A DNA stretch of 64,000 nt from assembly GCA_964035545.1 (NCBI GenBank), contig OZ037771.1:12094480-12158479 (forward strand), written 5' to 3'. The notes below the pieces were generated by a model, which had not been told where the DNA came from, made no database searches, and saw nothing but the letters and a program-made list of their open reading frames with translations. Shown here piece after piece: positions 48,686-63,837 of the stretch. The DNA comes from Bugula neritina (taxonomy: Eukaryota; Animalia; Bryozoa). Position 1 is the stretch's first letter. Each line of letters starts with the position of its first letter. The position numbers and the translations under genes were made by a program.

Positions 48686-50984
48686 TTTTGGTTTCATCCT
48701 ATATTGCAGATATAAGAGGCTTATCCTATGGTTGAAGCTAGACTAAATTTCCCACTTGGATTCTTCTCACCTAAAGGCTTCCAAAGTTAGACTCTGCACA
48801 TCAACTGGCGTATCGATTGCTAAATAGCTAATATGCCTATAATATAGCTATAATTATAGCTATATTAGCTAATAAATTATTTGGAATAATAGCCTACTTT
48901 TCAAGGATTTGTGTGAGGCAAAAAACCGTAATACATTATTAATAGACATTATTTTTGATGAATATTTATAAAAAAAACAACAAGATGTAGAGAATTTCAA
49001 AATTAATAAGTTGATGCAGATCAAAAAAAATTTATGTTTCAAATAGCAAACAATTGATCCAAGTTTATTTGAATATAGATTTATTTCATTAATATTCAAA
49101 CGAATTGTGCATAAAATATATGTTGCACTGAAATTAATTATTAATTAGCATCTAACTGGGATGACGCTGCCAATTTTACCTAAAGTTGTAAGAAACTATA
49201 ACAATGCATGCACACAATGTTGAAGGTTCTTGACCTTCATGATTCATAGAGTGTTTACATCAATACTAATATAATAATAATATGACAGAAGAAAGTAAGG
49301 AATCATATAACCATGCAGACATATAGATGCAAAATGTAGAATTTAGTCTACCAAACAAACTAAATTTGAGGTCAACAATAAAAAGACCATAAAACTACTG
49401 CATTTTACCACATTATATCCAATCTAAAAAGATCTACAAATAAAATGATCTTTAAAAAGCTCCATAGTAAACTTAGAACGGCATTAGCACCTGTTTCTAA
49501 TTAAAGTGTGTGGCTATTTGAATCAAATTAGTGTCTGGAAAAAGTATTTACAGCTGTAATTATAGCATAACTCATCATGGTGGGAAAAGTGTTCAATCTT
49601 TAATTGCAATCACTATATCTATGAATGCAAGTGTATCTCCTGCCAGATAGTCTGTTAGCTAGCAAGCCTGTGACTTATAGTAATGTAGACCCCTATATTA
49701 TGTGCTCATCACTGAAGTGTGAAGTGATGCACAGTGTTCACTACTTAAAAAGAAGTATACCATTTCTAGTGTATAAATCCACAATTTATATAAAATCTAA
49801 AAGTCATTGCTTTTTTATTCAGATATCATGTTTTCCTGCTAAGATATTTTACTGGTACCCCAAAAATCAATTTTTGAGGCAAAATTAGCCAAAAATGTGC
49901 AGTTTTTTCTATAACTTTGCAAAAGAATGAAAAAATACCAAAAAAGCTGCACTGAGAAAAAATAAGATTCACACCATAGTTTTTAAATTTTGATTCTAGT
50001 AGCCTTCAATTAAATAAGATTGTTTTTACTGGTACTGAATTTTTACACAGTTACAATGCAAACCCCAGCAAGGCAGTTGCAGCTAAAAAGTTACCTGTAA
50101 CTAGCCTGTGCAGACAGGTATTTCAAAGACATTTAATCAGGACTGGCCATATATAGAGACAAGACTTTTTTGAAAGTGTAACTGAGATCTCACTTTTATT
50201 GACTGTATTGTGAAAGATAAGTAGTTGAAGAATCCCTGACACACTTTACTTATGCAGTACTGAAATATTACTATGTATGTTAGTTTTCATTTACATATTG
50301 TTTTAAGGTTAGATGTCTAAACAATTTTGTTTTATAATGAATTTTGTGCGAGTATGTACTGAAATGATTTGGGATTTGTAATCGCCTTGACCTTTGACCT
50401 TTGAATGCTTGTTAGATGCTGCACTGCACAGAGATGGCTTGAAGGTTTGAACTTTCAATTTTCAGTCAAATGAAATACACAAAATAAATACTACACTTCA
50501 CTCACTAGTCAGCACTTAGTCCAGCAACTAAGGGTTATATATGTTCTAATACGAAACCAGATATTAACAGAATTGTTCAAGGCAAACAGTACTCACTGTG
50601 TACTCACAAGTGTTTCACTGATGGTTGTAAAATATAACTATACTGGTATGAGTACAGACTCTTATCACTGGCGCATCTTGTTTAAATTTGCATGTACAAT
50701 CATGAATATATTATACTTTGTATGAATATATATGTATAATTTTTTATGCACAAACATAAATCCATATATAATTATTGATTATTAAAGTAATAAAAATGAA
50801 ATGTTTCTTGTTTACCTATTTTAATTAAATGCATATATTATACACACATACACACATAAATAATATATATCTATTCAAATACGTTATGATTTTAATAAAC
50901 ATGCAAAGCCTAGCCCTCGCTTATAATTACAATACATATGGCCTGCGGATGTTTAATGAATCTTGAAAATTTATTTTAAAAACA

Positions 50985-51062
50985 AAAAAAAATGTTGTGG
51001 CCCCCAGCTCAAGCTAAAACTTGCAGACTGGCCCTCGGTCTGAAAAGGTTGGACACCCCTGC
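50985..51062. mobile_element. Single terminus of a hAT-type MITE
   Basis: TGTGGCCC...TGGCCCTC...AAAAGGTTGGACACCCCTG resembles common hAT (CAGGGG...) MITE ends; partner end not found. Confidence 0.5.
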
Positions 51063-54000
51063 TGTAAATAAATCAAAGCCCCCTGGGGGGGGGATTAGAG
51101 ATTTAGAATGCCGGGTTTAGGTTGAGGGGTTTAAGGGCTGGTGGCTTGAGTTTGGACTTTGAGTTAAATTAATGTTAATTTTTCCAAACCACCATTTAAA
51201 ACCACACACACGCACACATGCACACAAGTTAGAAAATATGTATATGTTTTTTTTCAACTATGTTTTAAACGGAATACAAACATGTAAACCACAAAACAGT
51301 GATTGTCTTCTTTCAATGCCATATTTTTGATCACACTAAGAAAGATGGTGGTAATGCAACTCCTAAAAGCATGTTGCATTATGTCGCTCCTCTGTCGGCA
51401 AGTATACCATTTGTATTAATGTATGAAGTCTTCAACATATATTTCAACTTATTTTTGCAAGTAACTCATGACAGTAAACTATATGCTTCTTTTTCTTCAT
51501 GTGTGTGTGCGTGTGAGTGTGTGTAAAAATGCAGCACTCATAATAGTTGTTATTTTCTGAACAGCTTACAATAGCTACAGTTATATGTAATTGCATAGGA
51601 GTGTTGCAAGTGTTTGCTAAAAGATGGTATGTAAAACATGCTGACGAATTTGTTGTGGAGAAATTTAAATAATTACTTAGCATTTAGCAATAAAATTGTT
51701 CATGTACAAATCAGAAACACCAAGTTGTATGCATATATTTTAAATAGTATGCATGAATTTGCAAAAAAAATGTAACTTAAACTATACCAAAGTTGTGTTT
51801 CATTAAGTTAGGAGATATTTATCAACAAAGCAAAAAATTAGAACTTTATATACTTTTACTATGAGTATAATTATGTTTTATATATGTGCTCATTTTGTAT
51901 ATACTGCAAAATATGTTATATACAATGTTAAACCAAAAGAATCAGAACTTTATAGTGTAATACAGGCACATCTACAATGTTAACAAATATAACATTAAAA
52001 ACAAGAAACAAAATTGTTCGTCTCTTCTACTTAACTTTTTACAAGCAAAAAATTATTATTGCTGCAAACTAAATTTAAATGCTGAGGTTCGTAAAGTTAT
52101 ATGTTTGTTAAATTATTTCACATTGTTTATATTCTACAAATAATTTCTACATATTATTTTCTAAACGCGATATCTTTTTTCGTCTACTACATGCAGCTCA
52201 TTATATGCATATGTATATTATACAATGCAGCATAAAATTTTATAATACTTAGCAAAAAATGCTGAAAAATATTAAAATTTTACAAGATGGTATTATATTA
52301 TGGTGGCAATAAAATTGTAATAGACTATTATTTAATGAGAAGACAATTATGTTTTTATAATGAAGATTGATAAATTTATAATATGAGCTGAAATTGAGTG
52401 AGAAGACAATTATGCTTTCAAAATACTTACAAGACTAAATTCTTATCTAATAGCTACAGTAATTAATATCCTTTGTTTGAAACAAAGTCTAAAAGGAGCG
52501 GATTTAAATAAAAATTTAGACCTGCATTTGTTAAAACTTTTCAATCAAAACTATTACATTATATTATTTTTTCTCATAACTCCTAGCTCCTAAAACCTTT
52601 CGCATAAAAAAATTAATTTAGAATGTAAAATACTGCTAGAAATTGCCATGTTAATGTCAACCCTAACTGTATCCACCACTTGTTATAGTTGTTACGATCG
52701 TTACTTAACCAATGAAGTTGAACTAGTTGTACCTTCAGCCAATCAATGACTTATTTCGATTGCGCCTCGTTAGGCGAGGGTCGTTGACGAAATCTATATA
52801 ATATAATACAAATCCCATTACCACTGATTGACCCGAAGTTCTCTACGACTTCTATAGTGGTATAGGATAATAGATATACTGAGCACTTCACGCTTCACTG
52901 AGCACGTAGGGATGAGAAGATATTGGCGCCTACATAATAATCACAGGCTAGCTAGCTGGCAGGCTGTAATGAATAGCTTGCTTTGTACTTTGTTTATGTA
53001 GCACCAATAATGGAATGTTGATAGATAACGCAGCCCTAACGAAGGTTGCTGCTTATTGGTTGTAGTTTAATCTTAGGCTAAACAATTACAAGTAGGCAAC
53101 ACGCATGCCACCCGCAGAGCAATATTATTCAAGAACCTGAACTACATTTTGAGAGAAATTTATGATATTCTTAGTGAGGATGCCCTTAACTATCCTGTGT
53201 ATTGCATGAAGTAATAAATGATTTATGAAGTAATTAACAAACCAATGTAAAAACTGTTGTTGTATATAGAACACAACATATTGATTTTCTTCAATTTCCA
53301 CATCAAATCTATATATTCAATTATATCTAACCAATGCTAATAAACTAAACATGCATGCATACAAATATTTGCATTATATGCAAGTAATATTAGCTAATTA
53401 GCAACTATACCATTTTTTTCATTATCTTTATTGCTTGCATATGTCCAAGTATTATTAAAATAAGGTTTTTATTTGCAACTTTGCACCACAAATTACATAA
53501 AATCTAAAAACTTGAGTTGTGACATAGGGCTACCTATACACAAATAGACCTTCATAAAACTCTCAATGATTTTATTCAACTCATGTATGCAAAAGTTTTG
53601 CTTTAAAACAATTCTTCTAAATCACCCTAGAGCAGGAAATTATTACAAAAACAGCTTCTCATATATAATTTTTCCCCAGATTAATTTTTTTTCCTGTATT
53701 TAAACTAACTTAGCAAGTGAAGATTGTGATATCACTCAGGTAATCACATATATATTATTCATAGCTGTAATACTTTAGCAATGAATAGATCATGTTTAAT
53801 TTCCACTCTACCTAGCAGTTTTTCAGAATTATAGAGCTATGTATATTATCGTGAAATTAGAATAGCCTAATAGTTTTACATGTGTTTATAGCTAGACAAA
53901 TTAACTTAAAAAGCTTACAATAATTAGATGATATTGGCATTCTTTTGAAGGTTATGGTGAAGCTACTGCAAAACTGGCCATTAGTTTAGCATAATATGCA

Positions 54001-56574
54001 ACGCCACGCAAAAGCATGCCAAACAAGCAATGTTTATTTACCTTACCAGTGCAATTTTATCACCTTAAACACAAAAGCAAGTATAAAATACACATCCATA
54101 TTAGATTAACTGTCAAGTTAAAAAAAGACAACATATATTCATGAGCTGGTTCTGTTTGCACAAGTACAATTTAGACCAGCTTATTATTTAGATTGCCACA
54201 AAAATATGACATAAAATATGTCTTTAATCATTATTTTGATATTCACTGGTTGAAGATATTTTTTATATCCCAATATGTAAATATTGTACATAAATCTTAA
54301 AAATTAACTAGGTGAATAAGGAAAACTGCTAATTTTATGAAACTGTTATGTTAATAAAGACAATGGCTATCAACAAATCCCACCAGACCACAAACTAATT
54401 GTAAATACTAAAGCAATTATATAGTGCTATGTGTTGATCTAGCCTAGTCAATACACCACAAATATGTATTATGACATACCACATTTTAAGTACTGGGTTA
54501 CCATTTATTCTAATGGGTATTTGTTTAAACTGTTATATACAGCTTTTTGCACTACCAATATACAAGCCAGTTGTTATTCTGTCACTTTTTATCTACATCT
54601 CTTTTTAATGCCAGTTACTTGTTAGCTTCAGTACAAACAGCTAAACATTCTACTCTACAGCCAATCTTACTGTTAACTCTTGTTTAACAATATTACAAGA
54701 ATCTAAAAATTTGAGTGTGTTTTAAGTATAATATTTTATCATTATAACTTTTAAATGAAACAATAATATGATAAATGCATTATAACTTTCTGAAAAGTTT
54801 GTTTGCAAAGTATATGTTTTTGGAAAATAGTTTTACAACATTTGCTAGGAGCATTATATTTATTCCTATCTAAAATAATTTTGTTTGAACTGCTATGTTT
54901 GTAATCATGTAATCAGAAGTAAAGCATCAGTAAAATGAGTATAAGTAGAAGCTTGACAGCTACATTAGGCATTGCTACATAGTACATAAATATATGGCCG
55001 TATTAAACACTTAGCCGCATTCACAGATAAATGCATGGCTTGGAATTACAATACCATGAATACATTATTTATTTAGCTGGGTAACTATACAATTATGCCA
55101 AAGTGAAAAGCCTTTGGTTATTAATGCCTAAAATGTCTAACAATCTACTTGGGAGACCACCTTGTTGTTACAGAGTGAATGAGTTATTTATTTAGCATTT
55201 GGATGATGGCACAAAGAAAGGCTATTTGGTTTGTTACTTGAGACTAGTAGCAAACTGCTACAGTCATAGCATCTTAGAAGATTTTGCATCACTTGCTACA
55301 ATAATGATTTTTAGGCAAGACTTTCGCATCTATATTGCTCATCTGCTAGCTTGAAATACCCCTCTCCTTGGACTAATCTCAGGCTTTTCATTGTTGTTTA
55401 AACAGTTTTTAAACTCCTATTTCAATAAATCATTACCAACACTGCCTGCATGTATTAATATTCATTAGTGCCATCAATGCACTGTGGAGACAGCACCTGA
55501 TGTTCTGTATATTACATTATAGTACAGAGATACTAAATCCAAAACATCTAAAATAATTGATGCTTCTACCAGATTTTTAGCACACCTATAATATGTATTC
55601 CTGTAGTAAATATTAATAAGATGTTTTAACTGATAGTTTTATGCCATTATAATAGTTTGATACTATAACTACAACTTGAAACTCTTTAACCAGCACATTG
55701 GTTAGTAATATTGCTTCTTGATATTTAATTGCTGGTTCACAAACTATCAATAATAGGGATGGATATCAAAACTTGACTGCATTCATAATATGATTTTAAT
55801 GCTGGGTAATGACTAAGCATGTCTGGCTGATATGAGGTGACTATTTTGTACACTGTTTAACATCAGCTTTTTGGGTTCATTTAAAGCATCTGCAAATCTG
55901 TATTATACATAATTACTGTTAGGGCCAATTAATTAAATTGTTAACCCTGAAATGCTTTTTACACTGTAATACTAAGTAGTAAAAGACATGTATATATATA
56001 TATATAAACTGATTGTAATTTATACATAACATTGTACATTTAAAAAAAATCACAAAATACATAATTTATTAGCTAAATTTCAAGGCGTTTTGTAGGTAGT
56101 GGGTTAATGTCAATAAAGTAGAATCCGGGAAGTTGAGTAGCTTTATTCAAGAGGAAGGCTCTCCAACAGTTCTACCAAAGCCTAAATAACATGTATAAAA
56201 TAAAGGTTATATGCACAATTTTTTTTCCAAAACAGCCTGCAACTGTTTTGCTATTGCATATGCCCTATGCCATTCATCAAGTGGAACAATTTTAACCAGG
56301 ATATCTAGAAAAGTTGACACAAGGGCTTTATAAACTATGTAACAGTAAAACTGTGAGTAGAAATTAATTGACACTAATGAATAATGCTTTAGGTGCTGGC
56401 AACAACCATAAAAGAAAAGTTATATAACAAACAAATAGACAAAGCACTAAACAAATCAACAGCATTATATACAATTAGGGCACATACATGAAAACAGCAG
56501 CTAGTGTCATTTTCTTAAGACAGCACTATTTCAGGTGTAAATTTAAGAAGTATTAGAAAATGCAGAAATTTACT

Positions 56575-56985
56575 GCAATTGGTTCATTTTATTTAAGTTA
56601 GTGCATACTAAAGATCTCAAGTTTTTGCTAATGAACATGAGTTTTGGCCCGAAACTAAAAAAATATCAATAAATACACCTAAATAATCAAGGCTCTTTTT
56701 AATTTTTTTTGATTTCCTATGCTTTTTTCTAATTACAGCAACTTCTGACTGGGGATCGCCATGGTTAGTTTGTAACAGTAGGCAATCCAAATGAAATGAA
56801 TAAATAGGAAAAAACATGAGAAATCATGCAAAATTAAGAAGAACCTTGATTATTTAGGTGTATTTCTTGATGTCTCACTAATTTTAAGCAAAAAGCATTG
56901 TTCATTAGCAGCTAAATTGTAAAAATGGCTAAAAACTGCAGATTTCCAGTGTGTACTAAATTAAATAAAAGGACTCAATCACCTT
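56575..56985. mobile_element. Foldback (palindromic) MITE, ~400 bp
   Basis: AAATACACCTAAATAATCAAGG (~56671) is inverted to CCTTGATTATTTAGGTGTATTT (~56845); GCTAATGAACA versus TGTTCATTAGC. Confidence 0.7.
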
Positions 56986-59059
56986 TGCAACATAATTCAA
57001 TAATTGCATGGTCAAGCAGAATAAACTACAATTAACAGCAACAACAGTGTAATAGTTGCGTAGAAAAGTTGTACTGCAAAAAACTAAAAGAATGTAAAAT
57101 CTATAAATGTGTGCTACCAAGTAAATGCTGAACAGACATCATGAAATAGTGTACGAAATACAAACTATTAAACTTACCTGTTGATCTAATGCAGCCAAAA
57201 CCTTAAGCTTAGAGTAGTGGAATGGTGCTGTTCGATGTTGATATGCAACAAGTAGCTAAGATGACTCAAATTCTTGCCTTTAGGAGTAAGAGGCCTCAGC
57301 TCAGTTTCAACAAAACTTCCAATAAGCTCAACGGATGCGCTCAATTAGGAGCCACAACAAAGCACACCCATGTCATTTTAGTAAACTCTAAAAAATGAAC
57401 AGAAATAAAACTGTTAGAGAGTAAACAGAGAAACATATAGTGATGGGGGAAAAACCTGTCAGCAATGGTTATATACACTCATAGTCATAACACGAAGAAA
57501 AAGATAATGAATAACAAGCTATTCAAGATGACACAAGAAACCAAACAAATTTCTTTGACTAAAAAATATAATTAAATACTATATTACTTTGCAAAAAATA
57601 TTTGTTTTGAACAACGTATTATTGGGAAGAATTGCCAGTGTCTTAAATTTTGAGATTAAAGTTTCTGCCTTATAGCGGAAATAGAGAGGCAATCAATAGT
57701 GTACAAAACATGTTTTCAGTCATTGGCTGTTGACTAAATTGACAAAGTTAAAGAAAGCTTCCATATCATTATTTATTTTGTTCTCAAGTGTGTGGTTACA
57801 GTTTCATGAGTCAGAAATATAATTATTTGAGATATGAAATCAAATGTAGTCAAAAGAGTGTCATACAATTTAAAATGTAGTAATAGAGCTTTGACAATAA
57901 TTTCTTCTGCTAAGTAAAACAGGTACCATTATGTGCTACTTATCTTTTAGAGATGAACATCAAGGATGTTGAAAACAAAATAGTTGTAAATTACAGCAAA
58001 TACCTTTCTACTTACCTAACCAGAGAAAATAAGTTTTCAACCTTGCATGCACTCAGCTGGTTTTCAATGTTTGGATCAGTGACATCTTTATAACTGATAG
58101 CAGCATTATGTGATAGCTTTAGGAATTGTTACCTTAAATCTAAATTATATAGAACAAGAAGTGCAAAAATATGGCATTAGTACTCATTGCACAATACACA
58201 CTTGCTAGAGTAGCTAATCTAGCATCACATTAATTTAAGAAAGACAAAATTTTATTACTGTTCACAAATGATGAATATTAAAATTTGAATAATTAGACAA
58301 ATTAACAATGATATTGATGTTAGTTCAAACATTACTAATGGTAAACACCAAAATACTAATAGGAATAGTCATGTTAACATCAATTAGAAAAGTAAAGATA
58401 ATTTGAAAATGAGACAGTTTATAGGTCTAACTCTTATAGTTGACAAGCAATTACAGGGCAGTCATATTGATGTAGGCTACCCTCAAAATGTAGCACTTTA
58501 AAAATATTAAAAAGACAGCACATATAAGAACATAATCTTAAAAATAGGCATATGTGACACCTATATTTTGATTAACAGAGAAATCTTCTTTACTTTAATA
58601 ATCTAGCTCATATAATGGTATTCTGTCTTAGTATGTTATTTTAATACTTGAAATCTAATCAGCTACAGAAAAGTACTTCAATTCAAAGGCCTTCATAATT
58701 ATTCTTTAGTTTGCTATTTAAATAGACAGTTAGGTTGATGAATAAAATAAAAGTTAGTAAAGTAAAAACTAAATAAATTGAGAATAATATCTCCACTCTA
58801 AGGTTATAATCCTTATAAATTAACATTTTAATACTCCTGTTATCCTTAGGTATAGTTGTTAGCAATTTAACTATGAGCTCGAAGCCAAATGTCAGTATCA
58901 GCATCCCCATTACATTGACTAAGACTGACTTTATAACCCTCAAGCTGTGGCACTCAATTTCTATAAGTAGTAACTAATAACAAATATAAAATTATTTATT
59001 TGCTACTGATAGTGATAATAATAAGAATTAAAAATAATAATAAGATCCATTAAAATAGA

Positions 59060-59930
59060 ACTAATAAAGCCAACGACGTTAATGGTATGTCTAACTAAAC
59101 ATGGCATGTCTCGTCTGGCAGTGGGTATGTGGAGGACCAGGCAACCTACGGCCGTCAACCCGTTACTGGCACAACTAGAAGAAGATACTCAAGAGAAGAC
59201 AACAAAGTTGTCATGAAATGCTGCTTCAAAAGTACACCCAAATTGAGAGGTTATAGAAAAACAACGTATGAGCTCTGTAGACCCGGATCAAAGAATTATT
59301 TAAAAAGAATGTGCAAACGCTGGAAAACAGAGGAGAGTTTAACATCAGCGAATAGAGACTAGCGGATTAAGCAAGAACTATGAAGAAACACAAGCATTTT
59401 ATGGAAGAAGAACTCCATAAGATTGAAGAAGGAACCTTGCAAGACCTAGGCACATCAATTGGTGAAGAAGAGCTAAATTTGCAAATAGAGGATGTTATAG
59501 TACAACATGAGATAGCATATAAATCAGCCATGAGAACTTTAAGAGTACCTAGTTCAGAGGTAGAAAAAGTGTTAGTAGAAAAATTATAAATGAGCATAAC
59601 AAACTATCTAATGATCGACCAACACTAAGAGCCCTTAGGCACATTGAGAGGGTCAAATTACTAAAGGCAGTAAAACAGATTAATGATGTGCTAAACTGTG
59701 TTGAGATTATTAATACCATTGAGCTTAATAACACCACCATGGCTTGTGCGAAAAATAGTAACAGAACAAGTGTGTAACAAAAAGGAAAAAGAAAAACTGA
59801 CAATGTACAAGTATGGAAAATACGACTGCAGAAGAAATAAAAAGAAATTAGATCAGACTTAAGTAAAATAGCAGAGTGAAAAAGTAGAGCTTACAATGAT
59901 TCATTGAGAAGAATGGTTGAAGAAAAATCA
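59060..59930 (+). mobile_element. Decayed 5' fragment of a Dong/R4-like non-LTR retrotransposon
   Basis: RRRYSREDNKVVMKCCFKSTPKLRGYRK and VWKIRLQKK*KEIRSDLSKI resemble the N-terminal motifs of Dong/R4-clade ORFs. Stops and frameshifts are present, and TAA-rich sequence lies upstream. Confidence 0.6.
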
Positions 59931-62900
59931 GGGCATAATTTCACAGTATCTCGTCCTCAGACATAACACTTATGTACCAATACGAGATACATTACATCAT
60001 AATTAAATGTTGTCTATCGGCAAAAATTTTGCAGTAGCCAATCATAGTACTATAACAGGGCAGTCTGAGTGTAATATCTCGTTTATCGGCATAATTATAA
60101 TAGCCCGTAGTTGAAGATGGAGTTGGAAGCTTTTCAAATACCTCCCGCATATAATAGCATTTATGCTAGTCCTTAAAACTAAATAAACATTATGGTAGAC
60201 CAATAATCATGAAAGCTCTACTCATTTGTAACTGGAGGATTTGTAGCACCACAATACTAAATTTCTTGCATTGGAGGTGCTTAGGCTGTGTTGTCATAGT
60301 GATATGTACTTATTGGGGCTTGGTATAAAATTAAACCTGACAATTATAAGGAGTAAGGTATTATTGCTGTGGTTTCAACTGACCAACTTTGGAGTTATTA
60401 TCTCGATTCTTTGTCAGGAATGGTTAGATAATTTCATGCAATAATGCGTTTTGGCTTTATATCATTATAAATATCTACATTGATGGCAGCACTGAGCTAG
60501 AATTCTAATATCTTTTCAAGCTCATTGGGTGGCAGATTATCGGCTAAATTTTATGCAGATATTGAATTATGTGGTTTGATAGTTATGCTATATTGTTAGG
60601 TTCACAAGCATCTTTAAAAAGTTATAATTATTACGTTAACCATAGGTCAAAAATTTACCTAAAGAGAGGGCAGACAACTCCAAAAGATTGTTTTCGCAGA
60701 AGCAAGTAGAATTCAGCTAAACTGAATACTCCAACTGATCAACATTTTCATCTATTAAAATTGAAGAAAAGTTAAATATTATTATACTATTCTAATCATG
60801 AATAGGCACAAGCTAAAAAAATATTTATTTCAAAAAATATAAAAAGTAAAGTAACACAACAATGTTTGCAAACGCAGACCTAAAAATGTGAATATTCTAG
60901 CTTGAAATTAAGTCTGAAATTCAGACTTTTCTAGGTTGAATTGACTTTAATTGACTCACCAGAAAAAACAATTAATAAAATTATAAAGACAAGCATGTAA
61001 TGAAAAATGTAGTTCATTAGCAAAACTGGAGGAAAGCACTTTTTTCTCTAGAAATTGTTCGATTACATAATACATTTTTGTGCAAATGATATTTTTTAAT
61101 AAAATGAAACTGTTGTATTGTTTGGCTAGATGAAGTTTCAAAAGTATTTTTAATATTTTCTCAAATAAAGTAGACATGCACTCCATTTTCACATTTTTTG
61201 GCAAAACATATGATTGAGATTCAGTAGTCAATCAGTTAAGCTTGACACAAGGAGTTGTCACATCCATTCCAAAGAACAAGACCATCTACAATAACAAACA
61301 TGGAAAGTACTTAAAATTACATTTAAGTTTACAATAATCCTTAAAATATATGTTGCCTTCTGCAAATGCTAAATAAAACACGATGTAATGCTATGTTTAC
61401 TTAGACTAAATCTTGCTGACTTACAATGAAATTCATTCATTTCAATTTGAAAATTCCTGCCAATAACTTGACTCTATGCTAACAACTAATTGTAATACCA
61501 AAATCACACTGCTACTTTTAGTTTAGGGAATTCATTTTCATCATTAGTTCAATATTCAGCAGAGGTTTCTCTTTAATGAACAAGCAATAGGCATACATGC
61601 AGATGAAAGATTAGGTCTAGTGAATACTAATTTTGTGCCTAACAAAATAAAATGAAAGATTGCATGAAAAATTAACAACTCTAAAAACTTGCAATTTGAA
61701 TGAGGCTCACGCTTTTAGGTGAGCAAGGGTAACCAGAAGAGCTACTTTAATGGAAGAAATTACTGACTGATTGTGTAGTTGCAGGCTGCATGATGTGTTT
61801 TGATTGTCACAACCACTTTTGAAAAGGGAAAATCCATTAAATTAAGGCTACTGGCAAACAACAGAACGATAAGGAAAAAATACCAAGTAGAAATTCACTT
61901 CTCAAAGCAAACTGTAGTTAATACATTATAGATGCTTAGAAGAAGCAGGCAATAGTGAATGCTATATAGTGTAGATCAGGATTCTATACAATGACAAGTA
62001 AACTGAAATTCCAGTGCACTACTTGTAAGAATGGGCTTAGTGCTTTATAGTGCCTTGAAATTTTTTCAAGTCTAATTGGCACCATGCTATTAGAATTCGC
62101 AGAGAGATGACCCTTTAAACTTTCACTTTAAACTTTAATACCTTCACGATTTTCAGTAAAAAATTCAATTTATCTAGGTCTGAAATTTCACCGAGTTGCA
62201 TTGCAAGCCGCTGGTCAAAATGTTTAGTTTGTGATAACTTAATCAGCTGATTTCAGAATAACAATCATTGGGAATGACATCTTCATGTAGATATAGATAT
62301 TTATGCTTATAATTATATCGGCTGCCTTCATCAATCATCGATACTATGCTGCCAAATCAACTAATTAATTACAGTTGGAAACTTCAAAGGGCATTGAATA
62401 GCAATTAAGCAAGTTATACTTTTAATATTACAAAAAGAACTTATGCATCAATATGATTTAAAATATAGGTGGGCACTCCGCTAGTGATATTAACTGAAAC
62501 TGGAACTTTTTTCATGCAGGAAAAGCAAAAACGCATCTCAAAAGAAACCTAAAAATGTCCAGCACACTTTATGCTTTGACAACACGCACACAATAACTTC
62601 GTTTATGGTACAAACCTTTTTGTTGATTGTTTTCCAACATTTTCACTAGAGCAAAGCCGAAAGAAATTTGGAAACTGCATAATGATGCCAGCCACCGTGG
62701 CATCATCTTCTCTGGAAAATTATTGACAAATCATCACCCAAAAACTTCACCAAAGCCTCCATCAGTAGTATGTAATACTTTAGATGAAACTAAAAAGAAA
62801 GAGACAATATTTTCGTGTAATTTAACCCATCAATAAACGCATCAATAGTTAGTGTGGCCACGGTTTAAACCTCATTAATTTCATGCTATTTAAGGCTTTT

Positions 62901-63837
62901 ACAACTTAAAAGATGTAATTCATCTGCAAGAGAAATGTTAGGTATATGAAATGAGTAGAAGTGCAAAAGCAAGCAGGTATTAAGGAAGGAAGAGTTAGTA
63001 GGTGTACTTTGACTTGCGATAAATCAATGTGATACCAGATGTGAATTTTGAGGAGTGTTTACTCCAATCTCACTGAAAAGGTAGAAATAGCTAAATTTAC
63101 GAGACACACAATATTTTATGAAATACTGCACATTCATTAAAACTTTATAAAACTCTAGTGTGAAGGGTGACTCACACTTTTAAACCGTAGATGAGCTAAG
63201 TTGTAAAAGTTTGATGAGAACCTTTTACTCTATAAATTTATGCAATATAAAATACTCTCCACATATTCAACAGCTATGAAGTTTTGTTGAAGATAAACTT
63301 CCTCAACAAATATACAGAAAAAAGCTATTTGAAAGCCAAATTTCATTAGCATAATATAAGATTATTTGTGTTTCATCTTTATAAACAGTGATTTAGTCAT
63401 TTAACGGATAACTAAAGATTTCACTTTGTTTTTCATTCAATAAAAACTAAGTGTAGTCATGGTATTAAAAACAGCTTTCATTTCTCACTTTTTTTCTCAC
63501 CCTAATCTGCGTAGGCAAACAATTGGTTTGTTTCAAACACCACAACAGTAAAGCGTGACAGCATAGCCAGTGGAGAAAACAATCATCTATACTGCTGGAT
63601 CAGTGGCAATTTGTGAGTGTGTCAGAGTAGTGTCTTGTTGTGTGACTCTACAAATAAATTATGAATTTGAATATACTACAAAGTTGCAAACATTGTTTTA
63701 ACAAAACACAGCATTTATTTGATATTATATGTAAAGCTCAAGTTGGTATAATATATATTAAATAAATTTTAGCTTTCCTTTTGGATACTCTGAAACAAAA
63801 TAAAAAAATAAACCAAAATTGGGTAAAGCCATGCAAA

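Larger units (their letters stand above)
56060..63650 (-). pseudogene. Possible decayed multi-exon gene of unknown family
   Basis: Several segments have minus-strand AG/GT borders and higher GC (~63010-63072, 62610-62789, 60958-61285, 57177-57387, 56070-56181), but every frame I tried has stops or frameshifts. Confidence 0.25.
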
